From: Haliotis cracherodii
Taxonomy: Eukaryota
Length of the DNA stretch: 64,000 nucleotides
NCBI RefSeq assembly: GCF_022045235.1
Contig: NW_027266343.1
Location: 51,552,134-51,616,133 of the forward strand
Direction: 5' to 3'
The position numbers were made by a program, and so were the translations under genes. A model generated the notes under the pieces. The model ran no database searches. It saw nothing but the letters and a program-made list of their open reading frames with translations, and was not told where the DNA came from. The number at the start of each line of letters is the position of its first letter. The stretch's first letter is position 1. Positions 1 to 13,390 of this stretch are shown one piece after another.

Positions 1-839
1 TTTATTCGTTTTGATTAGATAACCGTGACCTCTGTCACAGCGGAACTACTTTTTTCATTCATAAAAATACCGCGAGCCGTTATTAAAACAAACAAGATGG
101 TCACAAGCATCAAATTCGGTTTGCATTCTGTATTAGTTATGCATAGAGCTGCTACATACATTAGATAATCGAGCTAGATATCCATTTACAATGACCGACT
201 ACCGATCAATAGATCGAGGGTCCCCATGAGCGTGACGCACTCGACCACTTTCGCGACTTTCAATTTGATTTAACGTAAAAGGATAAGCGTGGTGAAATGA
301 AGCGTATTTTGTGGCACTGTTTCGATCGAGAGTTGTTTGTTCACGATTGCACGACCAGATCACTCAAATTGAACCCCGGCAGTGCGAGTGACCCACTGAT
401 GGTCCGATATTCAAACCGCGGCGCTACTGTGACTTTTTAAATTTTCTTATAGGTACAAACAACATGGCGCTTGAATTACCATAAGCTGAGGAAATTCTTC
501 CAAAAGGATCTTGAGTGTCGGTGCTGTTTTGTTTGCAAACAAAACTGCAGGCGCATATGCTGTTAATGTGTATACATAGAAATGCCAACTATGCCCATAT
601 TTGGGCATATATAAATATTCATGTGCAACCAGATTTGACAATCAGTTTCAGTTTGGTCCTTCAACGAACGAAAGATGTTATGTATTTACACTTAAAATAT
701 ATTTAACGTGGGTAATAAATAAAATACCACACTCATTCTCGTTAGATACCATAGAAAGTTCACGAGTTTCGTAAAAATAGTATCTAACAAGAATGAGTGT
801 AGTATTCTCTATGAATGTCACATCCAACGAACATTCAAC

Positions 840-1320
840 CGATGTAGGGTGATTATTCTATTTAGTTCGAAGGTGTGGATGAATGTTCGCCGTTAGATGG
901 GTTTGGGGATGAATGTTCGTGGTTAAGAGGGTAAATGTGGATGAATATTCGTGGTTAAATGGATGTACATTCGTGGATGGGTTGATAATGTGGATGAATA
1001 TTCGTAGATAGAATGGGAAAATGTGGATGAATATTCGTGGTTAAATGGATGAATATTCGTGGTTCGTGGTTAAATGGATGAAAATGCGTGGATAGATTAA
1101 AAATGTGGGTGAATATTCTTGGATAGAATGGGAAAATGTGGATGAATATTCGTGGATAGATTGGAAAATGTGGATGAATATTCGTGGATAGATGGAAAAA
1201 TGTGGATGAATATTCGTGGATAGATGGGAAAATGTAGATGAATATTCGTGGTTAGATAGATAAACGTGGATGAGTATTCGTGGTTAGGTGGGAAACTGTG
1301 GATGAATGTTCGTGGTAACG
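840..1320. repeat. Tandem repeat, unit about 30-40 bp, containing gtggatgaatattcgtgg
   Basis: Repeated gtggatgaatattcgtggatagatgggaaaat motif over about 480 bp. Confidence 0.85.
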
Positions 1321-1609
1321 TCGGGGTTTGGTTATTAAATGGATGGATGGTTGTTGTTAAATGGAAATGTTTTGTTTCTAAGGGTGGATGTTCGTGGTTT
1401 CGGATGTTTGCGGTTGCGCAATATTTATTTGGTGTATAAACGTCCCTGTGTATAGTTAAATGAACATGTTTGTAGTTGGTCGTGTGTGCAATGTCAGTTT
1501 CATAAGGCTTGCCAACTGAGATAAACATGGATATCCCACTCAGATACAGTATACCGACTCCGAGCCGACCATTCCTTGAATTCTTGTAAGATGGATGACT
1601 TTTACATTT

Positions 1610-2400
1610 GGATAGATCAGTATTCTGAAAAGGTGGGAGAATGTTTGCAGTTGGATGGATCAGTATTAAGATGGATTATTGCAGTTGGATGGATCAGTGT
1701 GAAGATGGATGATTATTGCAGTTGGATGAATCAGTATTAAGACGGATGATTATTGCAGTTGGAGGGATCAGTATTAAGATGGATGATTAGTGCAGTTGGA
1801 TGGATCAGTGTGAAGATGGATGATTATTGCAGTTGGATGGATCAGTATGAAGATGGGTGATTATTGCAGTTGGATGGATCAGTATTAAGATGGATGATTA
1901 TTGCAGTTGGAGGGATCAGTATTAAGATGGATGATTAGTGCAGTTGGATGGATCAGTATTAAGATGGATGATTATTGCAGTTGGAGGGATCAGTATTAAG
2001 ATGGATGATTAGTGCAGTTGGATGGATCAGTATTAAGATGGATGATTATTGCAGTTAGATGGATCAGTATGAAGATGGGTGATTATTGCAGTTAGATGGA
2101 TCAGTATTAAGATGGATGATTATTGCAGTTGGATGGATCAGTATTAAGATGGATGATTATTGCAGTTGGAGGGATCAGTATTAAGATGGATGATTAGTGC
2201 AGTTGGATGGATCAGTATTAAGATGGATGATTATTGCAGTTGGATGGATCAGAAAAGATGGATGATTAGTACAGTTGGAGGGATCAGTATTAAGATGGAT
2301 GATTAGTGCAGTTGGATGGATCAGTATTAAGATGGATGATTATTGCAGTTGGATGGATCAGTTTTAAGATGGATGATTATTGCAGTTGGTTGGATTAGTA
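1610..2400. repeat. 37-bp tandem repeat (gcagttggatggatcagtattaagatggatgattatt), about 21 copies
   Basis: Direct periodicity visible over about 800 bp. Confidence 0.9.
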
Positions 2401-2739
2401 ATCTGATAAGATGGATGAATGGTCGTAATGAGACTTATGAATATGTGTGGCTGTGTGAATGTTTGGTTGAATAGAAGAATGTTCCTGGTTAGACAGGTGA
2501 ACCGTCTTCGGTCGAAACTTTGTTTTGTATTTTGTTCAATCCGTCAAGAGTAAAAGGCGAGGTGAAATGTAATAACATCGCTTCAGTTGTGTCACTTCTA
2601 TAGCAACATGCATGCACGTGTACGTGTAGCTGATTGTACTAGTACGGACCAAATCCGTGTGCGTGCCTGCCTGTGTGTGCGTGCCTGCGCTTGTAATGCT
2701 CCGGACAAAAGCCGGTTTTATAGTGCTAGTTTTCACACT

Positions 2740-2748
2740 TCTTAGCCC

Positions 2749-2784
<36 letters not shown>

Positions 2785-2815
2785 AGAGAGAGAGAGACAC
2801 ACAGAGAGAGATATC
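2740..2815. repeat. Compound microsatellite (GCGT)n(GA)n(CA)n
   Basis: Direct reading. Confidence 0.95.
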
Positions 2816-3171
2816 TTTTTAACGTATGACGCGGCCGGGATCCAACCCCGGACCTCCCTCTCTCCGGGTGGACACTCTACCACGGAGGCGGTACCTCTGC
2901 AGAGAACCATGTGCTCAAGAGCATGGCAATCTCTAGGCATCTAACAAACAAAATCTGTTGAATCAGTGCACATGTGATATATAATAAGTCACACTTACAC
3001 ATTCTTTTAAACTGATCTGCTGTCCATGTCCTCTGCTACTTTGCTTTGTGCACCGGTAACCATAAGTGACCATTCAGTTTTTTCTCAATTTTCAAAGGGT
3101 GCTTACTTTAATAGACTTAACACTAGGTGATTCACGAGGTATAATGAAAAGATCATAATGAGCTACTAATA

Positions 3172-3338
3172 TATGAGTGAGTGAGTATGGTTCTACGCCG
3201 CTTTTAGCAATATTCCAGCAATATCACGGCAGGGGACACCAGAAATGGGCTTCACACATTGTACCCATGTTGGGAATCGAACCTGGGTCTTTGGCATGAC
3301 AAGCGAAGGCTTTAACCACTGGCTACCCATCCGCCCCT
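3172..3338 (-). mobile_element. SINE family B, tRNA-derived (head ggggcggatgggtagccagtggttaaagc…, body …gtgatattgctggaatattgctaaaagcggcgtaaaacca…, tail (actc)n)
   Basis: tRNA-like head with A/B-box-like motifs (tggttaaag / ggttcgattcc). Copies: 17993-18152 -, 26458-26640 +, 35383-35545 -, 36503-36668 -, 38198-38370 -, 59015-59160 +. A diverged copy lies at 55760-55925 - and a fragment at 41050-41098. Confidence 0.85.
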
Positions 3339-4674
3339 ACTAATATATGAATCATAAAGTCACGCATTCAACAGGAAAAAAACAGCAAAATCAAATCAGT
3401 CCCCCGACAACACAATTAACTGTATAAGGAATTAATATTTGGGAAAAGGTGCTTCAATCTGGTTTACTTATACTTTGAATGTATTTTGTAATCAAATATT
3501 TTTTAGAACACACCCCACCAATTTTTCTGCTATATTGCAATGAACTTGTAATAAAGACATAATCCAGTTATTCTTTACTTCTTGTTGCAATAAGGGTTTC
3601 AACCTTCCATGTTTTCACAAAGACATAAGAAAATCAAACATAGTTTGCATCATGGTTTATTTACAAAATGTCAATATCAACATATTATACACCTTTTGAA
3701 GTCATTCTTTAAAATACGTATTTACACAAGTTGAATGTGAAATTAAGGCTGAAACAGAATCATTCACACGGACTGAATTGATGTACTCTTGATAAGAGAA
3801 ATATACAATTCCTTCACGATACAAAACATAATACTTTGACATTACAAAAAATAACAACCAAATTGTGAGCCTTAGTTTTGAACATGTAGATGTTTTGAGG
3901 TAGATGGGCCCATCAAGGTAAGAATCCAATGTACCTTAAAAATATCTACATGATTCCTCTCAAGTGATGAAATGAACACATCTTTCTGAATACCTTTCTC
4001 AAGCAATTGAACAAAACTTAATACATCACAATTTCAAACTTTCAATTTTCACTTCATTAAAATCTTAAAACTTTAGCCGAGTTGAAAACAAACAAAATCT
4101 CATAATTTCTTTTCATATACATTATTTACACCTAGTTCATAATCTTATGGCAATTTTCATAACAGGAAACAATCAAATCAGTTGTACCAGATTTATACAC
4201 ATATCATTCACTCAAACTGGCAAGTCACACAATGAATAAAGCCACCATCACACAAATATTCATTCAATCACAAGTTGTTTAGAACCAGGCTATCAGCATT
4301 CACCCGTCTCCTTATCTGACTCTTGTTGCTTTAGGTCAAATCTTAAAGTTCTGAAAATGAAGCACCAAATTCTAGAATCGTATCAGCTGTGTTGTAGCAT
4401 CAAAACATGCGAACTGTTAGCTAATTCCACATTCAAATTACACACTTCATATCAGTTTTAAGGATGGCATTTGTCAGGAAACATACACTTTCTGGTATTA
4501 TTTCTGGAACAGCTCGCGCTGTGATATCCCTTGTGACGTAGTGCATACGGATGCCATTACACCAGCATTTGGGAGTACCTTGGCTTACTGACTTAAGGAT
4601 AACTGAATGATACCGTCTTTCCATCATTCCAGCACTTTAGAGTCTCTGTTTTTCTCCATGTTTCCCTTAGGTTT

Positions 4675-4784
4675 TCAACCAGACAGATCTTGAGCTTCAA
4701 ACATGTCAGGATCATACTTTTCTGCTCTCACAATTCTCCCACCAAAGAACCGACCATTTAGGGACTGAATGGCTCGTTCTAGAC
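4675..4784 (-). CDS. PUF60: PUF60 last coding exon (LERAIQSLNGRFFGGRIVRAEKYDPDMFEAQDLSG*), stop at 4675-4677
   Basis: Matches the human C-terminus [36 protein letters not shown]. Acceptor gttatttcag. Phase-compatible with exon 12. Confidence 0.9.
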
Positions 4785-7056
4785 CTGAAATAACAATGTT
4801 TCAGAGGCTCATATCATGCGGGGCATAACAAGTAACCGACTTTGATAAAATTGTGTAGCTGCCAATTTCCCCAAACATTACAATTAGTATTTTGTTACCA
4901 TCTTCCAGTCAGGATACCAAAGCTCAACAATTATGAATCATCCAAGGTACAATAAAGCCATGTGATTTCGGAACTCATTTGCAAGGATTATATTTGAAAT
5001 TTTTACCTACGAGAGAAAATCCTCCCTGGTCTAAAAGCAATGAGATATTTTGGCGTGTGCTGAGACATCTTGTCTTCCCATAGTGGAAACTGTTTTTGAT
5101 ATTTGGTATTTGTGACTCAAATTATGTTGCAATTTACATTACTAGAATATACCGTATTCAACGTAATAAGCGACCACGGCGACATTTGCTTATATATTGG
5201 CTATTGAACAATCCCAATCAGCACCCCTTCCGAGTGATCAATGTACACAAGACTTATTTATTCGCATATAATATGCACTCATGTGTGTTATGCACCCTTA
5301 ATTATGGGCATTTAATTCTGGAAAAATATATCTGTTGTATATAAACATTTCAGGCTGTCAGCATAAACCACGAAATTTATCTTTCAACTCTTTTTTTCCC
5401 CCACCAAAATAACATTCTAATAAGAGCCCCCTATTTCTAATTTTGAGAGCGCCCTGGGCGCTTATTACATCGAATACGGTAACATTAATTATTCCACTCT
5501 GAATACTTTAAAATATTGGCATTAGTGTCAACAACAAAATGCATTAGTATTAATATTTCTGTTCACTGTCTAGTTTAGGAGAAAATGCATTAATATTTAT
5601 GTATTTCAGTTCATTGTGACTTAAGGAGGAATTATTTGCGAGAACAATAATAGATAAGGCAGGTTTACAGGCAACAGCTGTTCATTTCATTGCAAATTTC
5701 TAGGTTTTCGACACTGTTAAAATTTTAATTTAATATATCACAAGCGATGACATGAAATAGCAACAGTTGTAAATGGTGTTACAGTTTGTTGGCAAAAAAT
5801 ATATAATTTACATTCCTAATCCAGTGCTTTCATCATTTTCGCTGTCTTATTTCCGTCTGTAGTGTGTACTGTATCAAAGACAGGGTGTCTGACCATATCA
5901 AATGAAATCTTATCAATATGGACTTTTTTAATTAATTAGAAGTGACAGGTCATTATACACTGATTTTTGCTCCAGGTTCACCCTTTTGTTTAATTAGCAA
6001 CAGTTAAGTCATTTATTTTCTGCAGAATGCGGCGTGTTTGCCATGTGCGGCAGCCAGAAAATGTTTATGAGCAACCAGTTGAAAAGTTTGTGACATTCAC
6101 AATGTTTATGAGTTACATTTGAATGAATAAGTCTCAGTTTTCAAAAAATATGGACAAATCTGGAAGCAAACATACTGTATCATATTCTAAAAAATCTGGA
6201 TCTTGCTGTTTGGCCATTAGAAATAGTTCAAAATTCGTAATTTATTAACTTATTAACGCAATACGACTTTTTCAATGTTTGTAGGTGAAAATGAGAGTGT
6301 CAATGCTGATAAAACTATTGAAAGATGTACGCGATTTTCAATCGCACTGAATTAGTGTTAATGCGATATCTGACAACTATGCACGAATATCAAGGAATCC
6401 CTGCATTTGACAACTTAATCTCTTAGGTTCTATTTGAATCACAGTAACTTTCCAAAATACAAATGGAGTGTTTTTGACAGCTGAATGGTATATTATTCGT
6501 ATGAATTAAGGAATAAATCATATTTTAGTATTGCAGTTGCAAATTGTAACAAAGTCGTAAAATTTGGGCCAGTTGGCAAATAGGAAAATAGCTGTCTGCA
6601 GGTAAATGTTTATTTTCAGGGTCATAAAATGTTGTATGAGATTGTCAGCATTTGTGGAAGATGTCATACAGAAGTGTTTTGCAGACACAGTTTAAGGCTC
6701 TTGATGACCAAGAGAAATTTTTGCATGTTTTCTAGTATTTTTTACTTGAACTTTCCATTGAGTGATCATATTATCCTCACAGAACACACATATAAGAGTT
6801 AACAAATCTTTCATTAATCAGTACGTCTTCTCTCATTATCAAAAATCTAGTTGTGGGTTAACTTCCATCAATAACAGAATATGGAAGCAAAACTTAAACC
6901 ATCTTGGGACCTGCAAATATTTTTTTTTAAACCAACATTGAAAGTGAGGGCTCAAAAATATCAGAGATAATAAAAACCCTGTAAGAGTTATTAAATTTCT
7001 GACACTGCAAGTATGTAACTGCAATTCTGACACTGTAAAAATACTGAAAATCTTAC

Positions 7057-7246
7057 CATCCTGTGCGGTGAACTCCACAAAGATCTTGACAACAATTTCT
7101 GCATCTTCCTCTTCACTCTGTTTTTCCTGATAGATGATAACTCGGTTAACAACTCCGAACTTGCCACACTCCTCTGTCACCTCAGTCTCCAGCTCGTCAT
7201 CGAGGTCCTCGGGGCCAACCATGTTCCTTAGCACCATCACACGGGC
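7057..7246 (-). CDS. PUF60: PUF60 exon 12, UHM domain ([64 protein letters not shown])
   Basis: Near-identical to the human PUF60 UHM ([59 protein letters not shown]…). Acceptor tgttcgtgcag, donor GTAAGA. Confidence 0.92.
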
Positions 7247-8119
7247 CTGCACGAACACATCATATATTAGTGAATGTGCAACTTTAAGATAAGCCATAAA
7301 CTTTTCTTTTAACACAATATTCCAAACTAGAAAGTGTTTTTACTCGTAAAAACATATGTCTCCCCCCACTCCCCTAACCCCCATTCATTCGTTTACTTCA
7401 CGTTAAACCCCATCTCTTCATTCCCACCCTCCATTACTAAATAACAGAGACAAAAATAGAACTCCTAGAAATTTCAAACAACTAATGGGGACCACTTCAG
7501 TGCTGGGTTAATGTGTATACAAAGTTTCGGTTTCTGAGTTATGGTCCGGAAACCAAGCTTACCCCCATTCATAGTCTATGTTCAACTTATCTCCATGGAA
7601 ACGAGAAAAAATAAAAATGTCAAAAATCTCTAAATAGCAAAAGGCACCACTTCAGTGCTGGGTTAATGTGTATACACTGTTTCGCGAAAAAATATCAAAC
7701 GGTTTCCGAGTTATGGTCCGGAAACCAAGCTTACCCCCATTCATAGTCTATGTTCAACTTATCTCCATGGAAACGAGAAAAAATAAAAATGTCAAAAATC
7801 TCTAAATAGCAAAAGGCACCACTTCAGTGCTGGGTTAATGTGTATACAAAGTTTCGCGAAAAAATATTAAACGGTTTCTGAGTTATGGTCCGGAAACGGT
7901 GGGAACGCCGACGCCGACGGGAACCTTGCCAAAAACAATGTCTCCCTCCATTCTGGGGGAGACATAATTAGACGGTTATTTTAAAGAAATGTAATCTCAG
8001 CACATAATTCTTTACCAGCCATATGAACATTCAAAGTCGAAGTCTCAAATTGCTTGAAAGAGTGAGTGGACTCTAAAACAATATCATATCTAAATCTGTG
8101 GTGATATATATGTATGTAC

Positions 8120-8316
8120 CTGAGGTGCCCTCATCAGTTTCTGCATGACCATATGCCTGGCGTTACTGCCACTGATCTTCATGTTTTCTTGCTGAGCCAG
8201 ACTCTGACTTGACTCGTCATCCAGCTTGTTCTGCTTTCCTTCCTTCTTCCCATTCTTCCCATCCTTCCCATCAGGTGCCATCGCTGACAAGGCGGAGGCA
8301 ACAGATGCTGCTGTAG
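8120..8316 (-). CDS. PUF60: PUF60 exon 11 (…SAMAPDGKDGKNGKKEGKQNKLDDESSQSLAQQENMKISGSNARHMVMQKLMRAPQ)
   Basis: Matches the human …ARHMVMQKLLRKQ… block preceding the UHM. Acceptor tgctttccag, donor GTACAT. Confidence 0.85.
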
Positions 8317-9242
8317 CTGGAAAGCAAAAGAAGATAATTAAAGCATCATTTATACTTTATGAGCAATTAGATTCATGAAGATCTGGGGTAGAATAGGTCT
8401 TCAGCAACCCAAGTTTGTCGTAAGAGGCGACTAACGGGATCGGTTGGTAAGACTCGCTGACTTGGTTGATGCATGTCATCGTATCCAAATGATGTCAATC
8501 ACTGGATTGTCTGGTCCAGACTTGATTATTTACAGACCGCCATCATAACTGGAATATTGTGAGCGCGGCATTTAACAACAAACAAACAATTAGGAACAAT
8601 TACTGAAATATCCAACATTTCACCCAAATGAAACCAACAGCAGTCTTTGTGGCATGACTTTGTTACAATGAGAATGTTACTGAGGCAGAGATCAGCAACC
8701 TCCTCTCCCCTACTTCATGATAACTTTCAAGAAACTCACTACTATTTCTGTGATTAGGCAAGCGGAAATGTTTCCTCGTAGAATCAGCAAAAGTTCAGCT
8801 ATTCCATGTATGTGTAAGTATTCAGTACTGGGTCATAGTGTGATAGAAGTGACAATTACATACAATCAGCCAGGTGACACATTTTCACAACATTGGGTAC
8901 AGGGTTCCTATTGGGCTTTCTTTGTTGTTATATTACAGCTACTTGAGGGGAGCCTGTAAATAACTGAGTATCAAAATAGACAATCCAGTATCAAAACAGA
9001 CAATCCAGCAGCAAATATTGGTAGCAATGATTCACACAATTGGGGTAATAAGGACACCCCTTCAAACGAGACATGAAGTCTGATCGCCCAATCTATTAAG
9101 TCGCATCTTACGACCAGCATGGGTTGCTGGGGAGTAATTCTAACCCGGCATCCCCTGGTACTATTGTGCTAATTGGTACTTATTGATATTGATGAAGTGA
9201 ACAGCAAGTAGGTTGTTTCTACACAGCTTGCATGCAACTTAC

Positions 9243-9468
9243 CATGAGGATTGCTTGGTGCTGGCGGCGGTGGAGCAGGAATACTAGCAACGGAGGGCAT
9301 ACTGATAACAGTGGGTGGAGCAATTTGTGAGGGAGCAGACAAAACAGGAGCCTGCCCCAACACAGTAGGCATGGCTAGTCCAGCTGGGGGTATCACACCA
9401 CCTCTATTCACATCAGGTGACCCCACACCATTTCCTAGTGTTGTTGGCATGGCCAGCCCTGGTGGAGC
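9243..9468 (-). CDS. PUF60: PUF60 exon 10, Pro/Ala-rich linker (APPGLAMPTT…PAPPPPAPSNPH)
   Basis: Acceptor tgtttcag and donor GTAAGT. The phase links exon 9 to exon 11. Low-complexity linker as in vertebrate PUF60. Confidence 0.75.
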
Positions 9469-9685
9469 CTGAAACAAGAAGTGATGACAGAGATTAAAAC
9501 AATGGCTTAGCATTACCATGACAAACTCATCAACTTCATAATCACATCAGCAATACCTCATTATCAAGGTTACTTTAGTTGCTCGTGAAGGAAAACTGTC
9601 AGAAAACCAACTGTTATCAGATAACTTCTGAAGTGTGAAGTCTCCAGCAAAAAAGGCTGTTAAAGATGAAACAAAGACAACTTAC

Positions 9686-9817
9686 CAGGTTAACTGCAGC
9701 CTGCTGTGCATCTAATGCTGTGATTTTGGCAGTGACAGCGGCAGCTGCAACAGCAGCAGCTGTGGGCATGCTTCCAGGGCCTGATGGTGCCTGTAGAGCA
9801 TCTGGGGGAGTGATAGC
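9686..9817 (-). CDS. PUF60: PUF60 exon 9, Ala-rich linker (AITPPDALQAPSGPGSMPTAAAVAAAAVTAKITALDAQQAAVNL)
   Basis: Open frame between ttgttcag and GTAAGT. Phase 0/0 consistent. Similar in composition to the human Ala/Pro-rich inter-domain region. Confidence 0.75.
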
Positions 9818-9948
9818 CTGAACAAAACAAAACAAAAAAATAAACATTGGGCTCATCGTTTTAAATCAAGTACTCCGATAAGTCAAAATGTAAAACCATC
9901 ATCAATTATTCTTTTGAGAAAACATTTACCAAGGCTCAAAGGGCTTAC

Positions 9949-10051
9949 CCGGCCAACTCGGAGAAACTGGCCACCGAGATCAAATAGGTTCATGGAGGAA
10001 ACCGCATCTTGAGCTGCTTGGGGGGTGTCATACTCGATGAAGCCGTAACCT
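9949..10051 (-). CDS. PUF60: PUF60 exon 8, RRM2 C-terminal part ([34 protein letters not shown])
   Basis: Matches human [34 protein letters not shown]. Acceptor tttgtcag, donor GTAAGC. Confidence 0.9.
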
Positions 10052-10294
10052 CTGACAAAGACAGAATTGTATAAATACAGGTTTCTGTGAAAAATGGTCT
10101 GTATGCACATCATTTTCTTTCTTTCAACGGATTTTTCTTTTTGAAAATGTTTCATTAGTTATACAAAACCAACATTTCTGCATACCAAGAAATGTCTTCA
10201 AATTAAGAAACTATTACAATAGTGACATAAGAATATGGATATATTCTTCTTGCAATGGAATATTTCGCCTCCAGAATAAAAAGTTGATACTTAC

Positions 10295-10366
10295 TTGTGT
10301 TTTCCTGGTTTGGATCCATCTAGGGCTAGTTTACATGATTGAATACGACCAAAAGCTTCAAATACA
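10295..10366 (-). CDS. PUF60: PUF60 exon 7 (VFEAFGRIQSCKLALDGSKPGKH-K)
   Basis: Matches human [23 protein letters not shown]. Acceptor gttccag, donor GTAAGT. Confidence 0.85.
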
Positions 10367-10807
10367 CTGGAACACAAACAGGCAATTAAATCTTAATATT
10401 CTCTCATCTCAGCAGCAATGTTGCAAGTGTCTGTCAACTTTCACTACAATCAAAATGAGACAAGAATCAATCCAAGCCTCACTTTATGAAAAATATCTGT
10501 TCAACAGGATTCAGGACAATTCAGCTAAAGAAATTAAGCTGGCCTAACTACAACTTTAATAACTGGAAAGAAAATCGGAGAAATCTACATGGGACAGGGA
10601 TCTGATGCCATTCATCAATGGACTACTTCAAATGTTACTTAGCAGCCATAATGTTGTATAACTTTGGTTCAACTTCCAGAAGATTACCAACCATACAGAA
10701 AGTTCCAGTTTTCTAGCCCTGTATTGTTAGAAATCAATCACCCAAGCAGCAACACAAGGGAATTTTCTCAAACCTGCAATAACATCAGTGTTCTGCAAAC
10801 AACCTAC

Positions 10808-10935
10808 CTTTGGATGTCAGACTCGGATAAATCACTGTGTATTGATGCTACATATATCCTATTATAATTCTTGGCTTCTGCTGCTAACTGTTCAATGATT
10901 GGTTGAGCTTGTGGCATATTGCTGGGGCGTCCCAC
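10808..10935 (-). CDS. PUF60: PUF60 exon 6 ([43 protein letters not shown])
   Basis: Matches human [43 protein letters not shown]. Acceptor gtttcag, donor GTAGGT. Confidence 0.9.
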
Positions 10936-12335
10936 CTGAAACAATGTACACAAAATAACTATTAACATCAAAACATCCTTAACTGATGGTACACACCTTC
11001 CAACAACAAAACAGTCCCATACACAACTTAATTAAGCAGTTGAAAATGTCATACATGCAGGTGTGCAAATCATTAAATGGGAAAAAGGCTAGAACAGTAT
11101 CTTACTGCAATACCAACTCTATATGGTAGGGAAAACATTAATGTTCATGATGAAAGAATGAATGAAACCTTGATATTTCAGTCTTAACAACCTTTCACAC
11201 TGCAAAAATTGATTCAATTAATAGCTTGTATTATAACTTTTACATATACCAGGGCATATACCCTGAAGTTACATCATATTTTTAGGGAGGCCATCTTGAC
11301 AAAAGAATATTGTAAACATAAGCTCAACAAAGAACTAATACTTGTTTTTAAGTTGTAGTTTGTGTTTTATAATAAAAAAACTCGTAGGTACGAAGTTTTT
11401 TTCTGAAACACTACACCCATTGCATTCCACCCTCAAGTGTCAGCTGGCTAATACATAGAGTTACCTCCCTTCAGCCAAATCTCTTGGCGCTCTTCGTCTT
11501 TGGACAGCTTCAGGTCTAATATTATCGCATGTAAAGATAATAAATTCGAGAGCATGGTTTATGGTAGATTAGCATACATTGTGATTATAGAACCAAAAAT
11601 AGTCCTTCAAAATATCTCATTTTTCTAGCATTATATTGGTCAGAACTATGGGTAAGAAAACACAAAAGAACATACAGTCTAGTGAAGAATCAGCTGGATA
11701 GTGATATAAACAAAATAATTGTAATTGTTTGCCTTAATTATTATTCGCCTTAGTAGGACATACCCAAAAAGGTGGCCTTCAAGACACGTTTTTTCTCTTC
11801 AACAAAATTGAAAGAAAACACAAATGATGTGTTAAGAAAATAAATGATCAATTGTCAAATTATTTGAATACATTTCATCATTTTGTTGGTCTTGAAAGCA
11901 GGTAGAAAGATGCAGATTAATCAAACTATTCTAAAATAATGACAAACCTTAAAACTAATGCCAATTTCTTAGAATGCAGGACGTTTGCATATGTATTGAT
12001 ATACTTACTGGATTTCTTTAGTTCACAAAACCAAGCTTTTATTTGTAAACTAATTCAAAAAGCAACAAAACTACAGGTCAATTGATTTTGAAATCTGCCT
12101 CTTTGTGTGACTACATCATGTGTTTGCAAAACATTTCTCTAGATAACTGCTAGAGCCTCAAGAGCCTTATCCCCTTGAAACATTCTAAAAAAGTTGGAAC
12201 TTTATTTATTTGAAAATGTTTTAGTCTAGATCTGGTGTGCAAACGCATGAAATGATTTTATCGAAGTGCCAAACTAAACCAGAGGGTATGTCCTTCTAAG
12301 GGAATATGAAGTATCACGGTCAAATATCAAGCCAC

Positions 12336-12549
12336 CTTGATGTTGCGGCCTCCAATCATAACGCCATTCATCTGCTCTAAGGCTAGTTGGGCCGCTTCTG
12401 GAACGTCGTATTCGATAAATGCGAATCCCTTGTGTTTGTTGGTGATGGGGTCCCATGACAGATTGACGCTTTTGATGGGGCCGAACGGAAGAAAAGCTTG
12501 CTTGATGGTGTCTTCTTTTATCTCGAAGTTAATGCTGCCCACGTAAATC
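12336..12549 (-). CDS. PUF60: PUF60 exon 5, RRM1 ([71 protein letters not shown])
   Basis: Very close match to human PUF60 RRM1 ([61 protein letters not shown]…GGRNIKV). Acceptor tctttcag, donor GTGGCT. Confidence 0.9.
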
Positions 12550-12840
12550 CTGAAAGACAATCAAATATTCTTTTAGACTTGTTCCAGTTTTACATACAAA
12601 GCACAGATAAATCCACTGGAGGGTCTGATCTTAAACCTTACAACCTACTATTAAAAAAACACTAAATTCAGACTTTGAACTAGTTGTTGAAGTTGCAACT
12701 GCAAGAATAGGCTACAATATCAATTAAAATTAAACATTAAAATTTTTAAAGATCAAATTTATATATCCTAACTGCAGCGTGGTACATAGGAATTACTCAT
12801 CCTCCTAAGTTTTGTATAGTAGTGATGAAGAAACCCATAC

Positions 12841-12899
12841 CTGCACATTAGTGCTAAAGCTTGTTGTCTTTGAACAGTGTTCTGGAAATTCTGCATTTG
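12841..12899 (-). CDS. PUF60: PUF60 exon 4, 59 nt (QMQNFQNTVQRQQALALMC-R)
   Basis: Matches human …QMAAV…AAQRQRALAIMCR. It was found because the flanking exons are phase-incompatible without it. Acceptor ttttcag, donor GTATGG. Confidence 0.75.
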
Positions 12900-13390
12900 C
12901 TGAAAACAAAATTGAACAGGTTGTCATACTTCATAACCAAAATAACAATAACATGGAAATATATATTGCGCTATATTGTCACACCAAACAGGAGCTTGCT
13001 CAAACCACTAACTTAGTATTGTTCTGTCAGCATGAAAACTGAAATTAATCACATAAGCACCAGGACACCTGAAAGCATGATTGTAAAAAATCTTCATGTC
13101 ACATGTGATGTCTAGACGATTGACATGACAAGAATAGGGTTTACTTAATGCCGCACTGCGCAATATTTCAGCAATATGATGGCAGTCTGTAAATAATCAA
13201 GTCTGGACCAGACAATCCAGTAATTGACATCACAAGCACCGACCCCTGCAATTGGGATATGATGACCTGCATGAACCAAGTCTGTGAGCCTGTCCACCTG
13301 ATCATGTGAGTCATCTCTTACGAGGGAACAGGGAACCTACACCAACATCCCACTGGGGTCATGTAATAAACTAAAACTAAAACGACTTAC

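Noticed and set aside
2820-2890. tRNA gene (also at 36150-36250, and the tRNA-like heads of SINE families B and D)
   Set aside because: The T-arm-like GGTTCGATCC motifs are present, but there is no complementary 7-bp acceptor stem or proper anticodon loop. The sequences recur as parts of dispersed repeats, so they are SINE heads or pseudo-tRNAs, not functional tRNA genes.
9251-9472. Plus-strand ORF (Gly/Ala-rich), and the plus-strand ORFs 12337-12546 and 33033-33296
   Set aside because: They are antisense to well-supported PUF60 and Apaf-1-like exons. There is no splice-site support, and GC-rich coding antisense frames are often open.
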